NCBI GenBank assembly: GCA_965227775.1
Contig: OZ245777.1
Span: 2,720,001-2,784,000, forward strand
Length of the DNA stretch: 64,000 nucleotides
From: Phycisphaerales bacterium
GTDB taxonomy: Bacteria; Planctomycetota; Phycisphaerae; Phycisphaerales; UBA1924
Direction of reading: 5' to 3'
The notes beneath the pieces are model-generated. The model did not search any database, was not told the DNA's origin, and saw nothing but the letters and a program-made list of their open reading frames with translations. Positions 1-6,881 of this stretch are shown piece after piece. Positions within the stretch are counted from its first letter, which is position 1, and every line of letters starts with the position of its first letter. The position numbers and the translations under genes were made by a program.

Positions 1-322
1 CAGCGACGAGATCGACCTCCAGCAGCTCGTTGGCAACCCGTCGGATTCGAGCCGTTCGATGTTCGCCCTGAAGGTCGACGGCGACTCGATGCGCGACGAG
101 GGCATCCTGGATGGCGACTACGTGCTCATCGAGCGCAGCCCGACGGCCCACAACGGCGACCGTGTCGTGGCCCTGCTGCCCGACGGCGCGACCACGCTGA
201 AGACCTTCTTCCGCGAGTCGGACCACATCCGCCTGCAGCCGGCCAACCCGGACTTCGAGCCCATCCGCGTCAAGCACTGCGAGGTGCAGGGCGTCGTCCG
301 CGGTGTCATCCGCAGGTACTAG
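1..322 (+). CDS. lexA: LexA repressor, C-terminal S24 peptidase domain (5' end outside window)
   Basis: FALKVDGDSM (catalytic Ser), GDYVLI, VVALLPDGATTLKTF (catalytic Lys) and IRLQPANP motifs; frame appears open to the window edge. Confidence 0.85.
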   Translation, partial: SDEIDLQQLVGNPSDSSRSMFALKVDGDSMRDEGILDGDYVLIERSPTAHNGDRVVALLPDGATTLKTFFRESDHIRLQPANPDFEPIRVKHCEVQGVVRGVIRRY

Positions 323-340
323 TCCCCCCGCGTCCACCAG

Positions 341-1078
341 CTACCCGTTTTCGCGAAGCGTCGGCCACACGGCCCTGGCGATCACGAGGTCTTCGGGCCT
401 CGTGATCTTCGCGTTGCGCACGTCGCCCTCCACGAGCATGACCGGCTCACCCAGTCGCTCGACGAGCTGCGCGTCATCGGTGCTGCACAGATCATCCTGC
501 GCATAAGCCCGAGTAACGAGCTCGAGCGAGAAACCCTGGGGCGTCTGGCACGCAAAGAGCCTCCCACGATCGACAGTTTGCTGCACCAAGCCCGGAGCAC
601 CCGGAGCGTCAGTTTGGCTCGCACGCTTGAGCGTGTCGGCAACCGGAATCGCCGGCACGACCGCGGACGAGTTACCGAGACCATCGATCACCCGTCGCAC
701 AAGCCCCCTCGACGCGCAAGGACGGGCCGCATCGTGCACCAGCACGGCGTCGACCGGCGGCTCATTAGCTGCGAGATACTCAAGTCCCGCCTTCGCCGTC
801 TCGTACCGCTCGGCCTTGCCACCGGAGCAGATCATGACACCAAGCGGAGAGAGGGCCCGCTCGTGCCGATCACGGAATGCCGCGAGTGCCTTCGGATCCG
901 CCGGCCCGGCCACCACGATCGACCCGATGCCCGGCTGCTCGACAAACGCCTCGACGGCCCGATGCAAGACGGGCTCGCCGTGCAAGTCCTGGTCGAGCTT
1001 GCTGCCCGACGCACTGCCGAAGCGCGTGCCCGAGCCGGCGGCACAGATGATGACGGCAACGCTGGCGGGCAGAGGCAT
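341..1078 (-). CDS. ispD: 2-C-methyl-D-erythritol 4-phosphate cytidylyltransferase
   Basis: AAGSGTRFG, VLVHDAARP, PVADTLK, QTPQGF, TDDA, KITRPEDL motifs. Confidence 0.93.
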   Translation of the reverse strand: MPLPASVAVIICAAGSGTRFGSASGSKLDQDLHGEPVLHRAVEAFVEQPGIGSIVVAGPADPKALAAFRDRHERALSPLGVMICSGGKAERYETAKAGLEYLAANEPPVDAVLVHDAARPCASRGLVRRVIDGLGNSSAVVPAIPVADTLKRASQTDAPGAPGLVQQTVDRGRLFACQTPQGFSLELVTRAYAQDDLCSTDDAQLVERLGEPVMLVEGDVRNAKITRPEDLVIARAVWPTLRENG

Positions 1079-1209
1079 CGGCCAGTGTATGGATTGGCGA
1101 GGCGGAATGGGCGATGTTGAAAGGCTGGTTCATGGAATGCGGCCCGAAGGCGGGTCGTCATCTATGATCTTGGTCTGCGGGCCCAGCCAGTGGGCCGATT
1201 CGACATTTT

Positions 1210-1557
1210 GGGGCCGATATGGATTCGATCGGACGTGTGAGGCATGGTGTGGCGCGTCGAGAGGTGTGCTCTTCTCGTAACCGGCACACAAAACCAACAA
1301 CTGCCGAACCGCAGTACGCTCTGGCTGCTTGACGTAGCCCGTCCCCCTCCCGACGCCCGATAGGGAAGGGGGACGACGACATCGGGCTGGTCGACGCGTG
1401 GCGCCTCCGGGCGCGTCGGCGAGGAGGTTCACCGGTGGCTGGGCCGAAGGCAAGGGCGTCGGCGCCCGTGCACAGGCCGAGATCAAACCGCCGACTACAC
1501 GCGTAGAGGCGCCATGGCTGCCGATCCGACACGGGGGTTCGATTCCCCCCGGCTCCA
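1210..1557 (+). ncRNA. ssrA: tmRNA; tag peptide AEPQYALAA encoded at 1303-1332
   Basis: 5' GGGGCCG pairs with 3' CGGCTCC-A including the G3.U70 alanine determinant; T-arm GGGGGTTCGATTCCCCC; internal ORF GCC GAA CCG CAG TAC GCT CTG GCT GCT TGA; CCA not encoded. Confidence 0.96.
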
Positions 1558-2790
1558 CTTTTCAGACCCGCTGTACCGAGGTGTCTCACCTTGTCTCAGC
1601 GTGTGTCTAACCTGCTGCGGACGCGCGGTTTCCGATGGCATCGCCACGGCCCCCGCTGTCTCCGCATGTGTCACGATGTCCCTCTTTGGTCCAATCGCGC
1701 CTGTGCGCCCGCCTGCGTCAATGTCCAGGGCAGGCAAGTGCTGGATGGCGGCGTGGAGGTTCAGCCCTAGGCCATCCGTGTAGACCTCTTGGGCGATCTT
1801 CGGAGAGCTCAAGCGGGCGAGACGTTGTACCACAGATGGCTCCACCCCGGATGCTTGGGCCTGCGTCACGAACGAATGACGCAGTGAATGGGCGGAACGA
1901 TTGCGGCCGTGCCGATCCGCACGTGGGATGCCCGCCCGCTCGAGGTCTTTCTGAAATGTCCGGCGCGTAACCCGGTTCGGACATACGAGATCGTCGGCCT
2001 GCCTAGCACGGCACCTGACTCTCAAGGGGTGGAGAAGGCATGGATGCAATGCGATCGGATCAAATCGACGGGCTTTGCTTGCGGCGGCTGGCAAGAGCAC
2101 CCAGGGCTGTTCAACATCGAGATCGAGATCCCTGACCCGCAGCCGCTGCAGTTCGGCCTGGCGAAGCCCGGTGTAGAACAGCATTGCGTACACGAGGCTT
2201 CTTGCCGGATCAACGGCGATTAGGCGTTCCACTTCCCCGAAAGAGAAAACGCTCTTCTCTTCTGTCCTTTTGGCGGCGCCACGAAGCGGTCTCACTCTGG
2301 CGATCGGGTTCTCGTCCAGCAGTCCATCACGCTCCAGCCAGTTGAAGAACGCGACTACAGCCTGCCTGTAGTGATTAGCGGTCTTCGCTGAGCCTTCGTA
2401 GCCTTCCAACCACTTGCGAAGGCCGGCGGGGCTCGCGTCGCAGATCTGCCTCCACTTGAGGTCGTTGAAGATTCGTTCCAATCGTTGGCGAGACTTTCGC
2501 ACGTGCTCGACGGTCCGGTTCTGGCCGCGTCTCAGACTCACCAGATAGTCATTGACCAGCGGCGGAAGTTCGGCCTGCCTGTAGTCTGCTTCCGCAATAC
2601 CTCCGCGTCGGGCTTCTTCCTGCCGAACCCACTCCCAGCCTAGCTTGACAGCTACGTCCTTGCGGGTGACTCGAAGCGCCTTTCGCTTCGGCTTGTGGTC
2701 ACCCGCGAAACGGTGCTCGGCCGTGTAGTACCGAGAGGCCTCGGACTTGTGGCTGGATCCACGCTTTCGCTTAGGCCGAAACACGTTCAT
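1495..2790 (-). CDS. int: Tyrosine recombinase/integrase; reading frame runs through attL into antisense tmRNA
   Basis: SAM-like region (SAKTANHYRQAVVAFFNWL), TGLRQAEL, SKARR, HSLRHSF, EVYT catalytic motifs. Confidence 0.93.
   Translation of the reverse strand: MNVFRPKRKRGSSHKSEASRYYTAEHRFAGDHKPKRKALRVTRKDVAVKLGWEWVRQEEARRGGIAEADYRQAELPPLVNDYLVSLRRGQNRTVEHVRKSRQRLERIFNDLKWRQICDASPAGLRKWLEGYEGSAKTANHYRQAVVAFFNWLERDGLLDENPIARVRPLRGAAKRTEEKSVFSFGEVERLIAVDPARSLVYAMLFYTGLRQAELQRLRVRDLDLDVEQPWVLLPAAASKARRFDPIALHPCLLHPLRVRCRARQADDLVCPNRVTRRTFQKDLERAGIPRADRHGRNRSAHSLRHSFVTQAQASGVEPSVVQRLARLSSPKIAQEVYTDGLGLNLHAAIQHLPALDIDAGGRTGAIGPKRDIVTHAETAGAVAMPSETARPQQVRHTLRQGETPRYSGSEKWSRGESNPRVGSAAMAPLRV
1530..1557 (+). 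repeat. attL core: 28-bp direct repeat (tmRNA 3' end)
   Basis: CACGGGGGTTCGATTCCCCCCGGCTCCA identical to 6780-6807. Confidence 0.96.
1581..1685 (+). repeat. Short ~10-bp-period direct repeats, candidate integrase arm-type sites
   Basis: GTGTCTCACC (1581), TTGTCTCAGC (1591), GTGTCTAACC (1603); CTGTCTCCGC (1656), ATGTGTCACG (1666), ATGTCCCTCT (1676). Confidence 0.5.
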
Positions 2791-2984
2791 CGAACTCGCT
2801 CACGCTTTTCACTACGCATCACTAGGGCAGTGATTGCCTCCCGGGGGATGAGCCTTCGAGCACCGATGCGAAACGACGGCAGCTCCCCCTGGGCAATGAG
2901 TCGATAGACTGTTGAACGACTCACTCTGAGCATCATGCCCGCCTCAGGCACAGTACACGCAATGGACTCAGCGACCTTGGTCAT
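2787..2984 (-). CDS. Excisionase-like HTH protein
   Basis: TVPEAGMMLRVSRSTVYRLIAQGELPSFRIGARRLIP is a typical Xis/HTH_17 pattern; 4-nt overlaps with int and with the upstream gene. Confidence 0.88.
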   Translation of the reverse strand: MTKVAESIACTVPEAGMMLRVSRSTVYRLIAQGELPSFRIGARRLIPREAITALVMRSEKRERVR

Positions 2985-3328
2985 CGCTTCTTTCTCCTAT
3001 TGCGCTCCTCAGCTTGCTCTGCTCTCACCTTGTCTTTGATACGACGCATCTTGCCGGCGGAGTCTTTAATATCAGCAGGGAGTTCGTCGCCGATCAGCTT
3101 GGCGATGGCGACGAAGATTTCTGGTCTGGCGAGAATCAGGTCCTGAACTGCCCGCTCCACGGGGCCAGCTTTGCGAACTTCGGCTAACCAGCGCTCTTTG
3201 TCTTCTAGGGCCTCTTCAACGGCTTTCTCGATAAACGCGGTCCGGGTCATTTCAAACTCGCCAGCAATCGCGTCAAGTCGCTCTAGAGTCTCTTGTTCCA
3301 TCTTGATTGAGACTTGGGCCCTAGCCAT
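2981..3328 (-). CDS. CopG/ribbon-helix-helix transcriptional regulator
   Basis: MARAQVSIKMEQETLERLDAIAGEFEMTRTAFIEKAVEEAL; ATG at 3328 lies 7 nt after a -10 box. Confidence 0.8.
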   Translation of the reverse strand: MARAQVSIKMEQETLERLDAIAGEFEMTRTAFIEKAVEEALEDKERWLAEVRKAGPVERAVQDLILARPEIFVAIAKLIGDELPADIKDSAGKMRRIKDKVRAEQAEERNRRKKR

Positions 3329-3335
3329 GACACAC

Positions 3336-3364
3336 AGCGTACTACGTCGTAATACGCTTGTCAA
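3336..3364 (-). promoter_or_regulatory. Sigma70 promoter TTGACA-N17-TACGCT with overlapping 23-bp palindromic operator (3336-3358)
   Basis: Minus strand reads TTGACA agcgtattacgacgtag TACGCT gtgtgtc ATG; AGCGTACTACGTCGTAATACGCT pairs at 10 of 11 positions. Confidence 0.8.
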
Positions 3365-3424
3365 GTCCGAGTGCTAGCGTTGGCTATCGCAGCTGAACTT
3401 AAGCACGTTGTTTGGGAGCTTTCC

Positions 3425-4528
3425 ATGGAGACGAATGCCGGCCCGTCCGAGACACCGCCCAAGGGACACCCTCGGCGCGTACCAAGTCGGCGGCGCCAGC
3501 CCATTCGCATAGCTGGCAAAGCGGCTCAGAAACTGCTTGCCAAGCCAGGAGTAGTGGCAATGTCACTACTGATCATCTGGATAGTCATGGGAATCGGGAC
3601 GTTGGTGCTCGGGGTTTTGGCGGACACGTTCTGGCCAGAGAGCAAACTGAGTCCGGGCAGCTTGGGTGACATGTTCGGGGGAGCGAACTCTCTATTTAGC
3701 GCGTTCGCGTTGCTAGGCGTTGTAGTTGCCTTGCAATATCAAGTTCGGGAGTATCGCCTCGCGAGGGAGCATAGAGCTGATGACTTGAAGCAACAGGAGG
3801 CCATTGCCTTGGCCCAGCGAGAGGCAGCATCGTCGCAGTTGCTTGCCGCAAGAACAGCAGCACTGAGTCCCTGGTCAGCCCTGCTTGATCCGGTAATGAG
3901 TCAGAGGATCATGAACCTGGCGTCTTTGCACGAAGTGATTCCATGGTCGCTTGACCAGAACGATTTGGACAGATCGAAAGGATTTCTCTATACATTTCTC
4001 GCAGAAAACAAGCCCCCATTGTCTGAGTTCGGCCCTGCAATCGAGTATCTGACACCTTTCTACAAGGATCATGGCACGCATCTTCATGTTCGCAACATCA
4101 GGCACGATCTGGTCGAGTGCTCCGATGCAGTGCTGAACATTCGTCCCGCAATGACATTTGGCCTCATACCGATCGACCTCCTCGCGAAAGAACTTCCGGT
4201 AAGCGTGTGTTTCCTCCTCGTATCTTTTCAGAGAATGAACAACTGGACTGCAAAAGAACGTCACCTAAGGTCAATTGCTTTAGAACTGCAACGCCATCGC
4301 CTTGAAGCTATTGATCAGACGGCGGCACCCGAGCAGTTCAAGCTTGCCAGAGCAGAGTCCCAGTTCCTGAACAACCTCTACCTGCCTTATGTAGACAGCT
4401 ACTGGCGGGACAACAAGCAGCCGTCCCAACAACTGATCGATCGCCTCATCAAGCAGCGCGATGATATTGAGGAGCAACGAGATTACGTGGCAGACCTTCC
4501 TAGGCTGCGAGCCCTGGGCGACGCATAA
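3425..4528 (+). CDS. Two-TM membrane cargo protein, N-terminus resembling putative abortive-infection proteins
   Basis: TM1, then GSLGDMFGGANSLFSAFALLGVVVALQYQ..E followed by a coiled coil; GGGAG RBS; lower GC. Confidence 0.6.
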   Translation: METNAGPSETPPKGHPRRVPSRRRQPIRIAGKAAQKLLAKPGVVAMSLLIIWIVMGIGTLVLGVLADTFWPESKLSPGSLGDMFGGANSLFSAFALLGVVVALQYQVREYRLAREHRADDLKQQEAIALAQREAASSQLLAARTAALSPWSALLDPVMSQRIMNLASLHEVIPWSLDQNDLDRSKGFLYTFLAENKPPLSEFGPAIEYLTPFYKDHGTHLHVRNIRHDLVECSDAVLNIRPAMTFGLIPIDLLAKELPVSVCFLLVSFQRMNNWTAKERHLRSIALELQRHRLEAIDQTAAPEQFKLARAESQFLNNLYLPYVDSYWRDNKQPSQQLIDRLIKQRDDIEEQRDYVADLPRLRALGDA

Positions 4529-4549
4529 AGTCCATCCGACCGAGTCTCC

Positions 4550-5689
4550 CTAAGCAGTTTCATGTTCAGCCACGACCAACCACTGCCCTGCCTGCTCAAC
4601 AACAGGGCGCGGCAAACAAGGGCGAACGAACTCTCCCGCGATCAACGCGTCAAACACGGCGCCAACACTCGATAGCCCCGTACGATTACGAATCGCTTCA
4701 AGGGTGGGGCCGACGCATCCTGCCAGCCACTTCCTGTATCCCTGGAGATCAGTGGGAGCCCTAGGACTGCAGGCCCGAACCCCTACCGCCTCCTTGCACC
4801 ACACCGACCACCACTCGAGCCGCTTCCTCTCACTGATCGTCCTGTTGCTCGTGCTCGGATATCTAAAGTCCACTGCTGCCACCAACGATTGCACAGCCAT
4901 GGCTTTCCAGTTTTCAGCACTGACACAGCCATGCAAGATTGCAGTCGCTGTAGATCCCTTTGTCTCAACTTCGTATCGCAGCCAAGAGCCCTCGGGCAAT
5001 GCGTCCTGCTGAAGCCCCTTGTCATACCAGCGAACGAAATAGCTGGACTGACGCGACCCCATCTCAAGCCCAAGCCCTACCCGATGATCGGGCTTGGCTG
5101 CGAGGCCAGGCTCATGTGGTTTGAATTGACGTGCCCGACACAAACAGCCTGACTTGCAAGCCTCGATTGCCTGCGAAATGAACGGCAGCTGTAGCCCATA
5201 TTGATCTCTCCGAACGTCCAGCCGGGAGCACTTCAGGCTCAAGCTTCCCCATAGTCGTCGTATCACCGCAAGACACTGGCGATGCTCTCGTGCCCACGCA
5301 TCTCCGGGAAGCTGGAGCATCCATGAGTCGTGGCCAGCACGATGTCCCCACGCCAGTATGCCCCCTACATCCAGGTCTACCGCTTTCTTATAGAACTTCA
5401 CGCCTCCGTCACGGTTCACGAGTTTGACACCGAGACTACCGAGAAGATCTCGCGCACTGTCAAGGTCAGCAGTCGCTCCCGTTAGTGTGACCCAATCGAA
5501 ACCAACTTCATCTATGAACACTTGTCCAGGAACACAGTCTTGGCCTCCCCACCTCTCTTCGAGATTCTGACCCCTGTAATACTCAGCAGGGGTCAGGGCC
5601 GACGGGCCGCCGGCGGCCGGACGCTCCGCGTCCGACCCGCTCGGCGACCTCGCACTAGAACGGGCACTCATCGCTTCGATATGATCCAT
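4550..5689 (-). CDS. Rep_trans-family rolling-circle replication initiator/relaxase
   Basis: FDWVTLT, SRLDVRRD, GSRQSSYFVRWYDKG, WLRYEVETKG motifs; GGAGGT RBS. Confidence 0.88.
   Translation of the reverse strand: MDHIEAMSARSSARSPSGSDAERPAAGGPSALTPAEYYRGQNLEERWGGQDCVPGQVFIDEVGFDWVTLTGATADLDSARDLLGSLGVKLVNRDGGVKFYKKAVDLDVGGILAWGHRAGHDSWMLQLPGDAWAREHRQCLAVIRRLWGSLSLKCSRLDVRRDQYGLQLPFISQAIEACKSGCLCRARQFKPHEPGLAAKPDHRVGLGLEMGSRQSSYFVRWYDKGLQQDALPEGSWLRYEVETKGSTATAILHGCVSAENWKAMAVQSLVAAVDFRYPSTSNRTISERKRLEWWSVWCKEAVGVRACSPRAPTDLQGYRKWLAGCVGPTLEAIRNRTGLSSVGAVFDALIAGEFVRPCLPRPVVEQAGQWLVVAEHETA
5567..5596 (-). other. Candidate nick-site (dso/oriT) hairpin within the 5' part of rep
   Basis: Perfect 10-bp stem CTGACCCCTG/CAGGGGTCAG with loop CTGAGTATTA on the minus strand. 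Confidence 0.7.
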
Positions 5690-6095
5690 CGTCTATCACC
5701 TCCGCCGCAGTCTCGGTTGCCGCCGAACTGTGGCATTGCGGATACCTGCTCTCGATCAACCAAAGGGCGAGTTCGATCGGAATCGAGAGCTTTCCGAACA
5801 CTCGCCCACATTTGCGACACGAGATCACCAGCGTGCCCGGATGGCCCTTGAGTCGATCGACCCGGGCGTCGATCGCGGCCTTGCCGCAGTTCTTGCACTT
5901 CGGCCGGTTTGCCCTCCGATCCAGTTGGAGCCCGTGCACCTTCAGAGTCGCGGCGCCGGAGAGCTCCAACCGCTCCGGACAAACGCCGGGGGGGCCGCCC
6001 CCCGACCTCCGCCCGCCGCGGCCCTCGCCCCCGGGTCGCTTCGCTCCCTCGTGGCGAGGGCGATGGCCGCGACGGGCGGACGCCGGGGGGCTCAT
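5655..6095 (-). CDS. Zinc-ribbon protein with acidic -DECPF tail (true start may be downstream of the GC hairpin)
   Basis: CKNC and CRKC pairs; ATGA overlap with the upstream ORF; 3' end overlaps the rep start. Confidence 0.55.
   Translation of the reverse strand: MSPPASARRGHRPRHEGAKRPGGEGRGGRRSGGGPPGVCPERLELSGAATLKVHGLQLDRRANRPKCKNCGKAAIDARVDRLKGHPGTLVISCRKCGRVFGKLSIPIELALWLIESRYPQCHSSAATETAAEVIDDGSYRSDECPF
5997..6091. other. Long nested GC hairpin, candidate single-strand origin
   Basis: GCCCCCCG/CGGGGGGC, TCCGCCCG/CGGGCGGA, CGCGGCC/GGCCGCG and GCCCTCGCC/GGCGAGGGC stems around GTCGCTTCGCT. Confidence 0.55.
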
Positions 6096-6307
6096 TGGGT
6101 GCCCTCTTTGCTACCTGGGGAATCAGGAGAGCCTCGAAGTACAACGGTCTCCTGGCGAACGACAGAACGCCTCGTTTCGCAGGCTTCGATAATCCGTGTC
6201 GCGTAGCCGAGGATCTTGACGCGCGCAGTGAGCGTTGTGGCTTCATTGCCAGTCTCGTCAAGGAGCCGGGCGGCTTGGCTCTTGGCAATGTCCAAGATCT
6301 CAGCCAT
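6092..6307 (-). CDS. Small hypothetical protein of the element (MAEILDIAK...)
   Basis: GGAGGT RBS; ATGGCTGA overlap with the upstream ORF stop. Confidence 0.6.
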   Translation of the reverse strand: MAEILDIAKSQAARLLDETGNEATTLTARVKILGYATRIIEACETRRSVVRQETVVLRGSPDSPGSKEGTQ

Positions 6308-6614
6308 TGGTCCACCTCCAGAAGAGGATCCAACGTTCCATGTCAACGAGCATCTCAACAGCCTGTTGGGCAGAAACGAGCACACGGAGGCCCATTCCTG
6401 CAGCACCGCCGGAGTGAACCGTTCCGAACTCGATTCTCAGTCGCTCGGCGACCACGTCTTCAGCCATGCCGACGTCGCTCATAAGCTCCAGCAGCGGCGC
6501 GAGAACGTGGATTCCGGCGCCCAGTGAGTCCCAGGCGGCCTGCTCTCGCGTGAATCCTGGCCAGCTCTCTCCGGGTTGCACCCACCTCAGGCTGACGTTG
6601 TGTCGCTCAGACAT
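6300..6614 (-). CDS. Hypothetical protein of the element
   Basis: AAGGAG RBS; ATGTCTGA overlap with the stop of the detached integrase tail. Confidence 0.6.
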   Translation of the reverse strand: MSERHNVSLRWVQPGESWPGFTREQAAWDSLGAGIHVLAPLLELMSDVGMAEDVVAERLRIEFGTVHSGGAAGMGLRVLVSAQQAVEMLVDMERWILFWRWTNG

Positions 6615-6780
6615 CTGATTGCTCCTTGGCTAGCTGCTCTGCGAACGCAACAACCCGCTCGCGGCTCTTCGGTGAGAGTGCGAGCCAGGTGTGGCAAAGG
6701 GTGTTGTCGAGGATGGGTGGAGGGCCGCCTGCGTCTATGCCTGCGTCCCCCCTACCTGGCGAGGTGCCAGGGGCGGTTTC
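6607..6780 (-). other. Detached 57-codon C-terminal tail of the integrase (in frame with the att core)
   Basis: The att core reads WSRGESNPR in the int frame at both copies; here it continues ETAPG...TWLALSPKSRERVVAFAEQLAKEQSDV*. Confidence 0.75.
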
Positions 6781-6807
6781 ACGGGGGTTCGATTCCCCCC
6801 GGCTCCA
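6780..6807 (+). repeat. attR core: displaced tmRNA 3' fragment
   Basis: Identical to 1530-1557. Confidence 0.96.
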
Positions 6808-6819
6808 TTCACAACGACG

Positions 6820-6850
6820 AACGCCGCGTGTTTGTGCACGCGGCGTTTTC
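6820..6850. terminator. Intrinsic terminator (original ssrA terminator, likely shared with the convergent EF-G paralog)
   Basis: AACGCCGCGTG-tttgtg-CACGCGGCGTT followed by TT. Confidence 0.75.
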
Positions 6851-6881
6851 GTGTTCATTCAGATCCGTCTTGCCTTGCAGC

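Larger units (their letters stand above)
1530..6807. mobile_element. ssrA-integrated element (5,250-bp excisable unit) with tyrosine integrase, Xis, RHH regulator, Rep_trans initiator and cargo gene
   Basis: Flanking 28-bp direct repeats of the tmRNA 3' end; integrase adjacent to attL; composition visibly less GC-rich than the flanks. Confidence 0.93.

Noticed and set aside
1530..1557. Possible standalone tRNA from the T-arm and acceptor pattern (also at 6780)
   Set aside because: It is the tRNA-like domain of tmRNA and its att duplicate; no D-arm or anticodon arm
1130..1589. ORFs of 142-143 aa on the minus strand (MEPGGIEPP...)
   Set aside because: Antisense translations of the tmRNA gene
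3371..6800. Filamentous prophage interpretation of the element
   Set aside because: No Zot/pI-like ATPase or small single-TM coat protein array recognised
6607..6858. 83-aa standalone ORF starting at 6858
   Set aside because: Its 5' part crosses the terminator and attR with no RBS; better explained as the detached integrase tail
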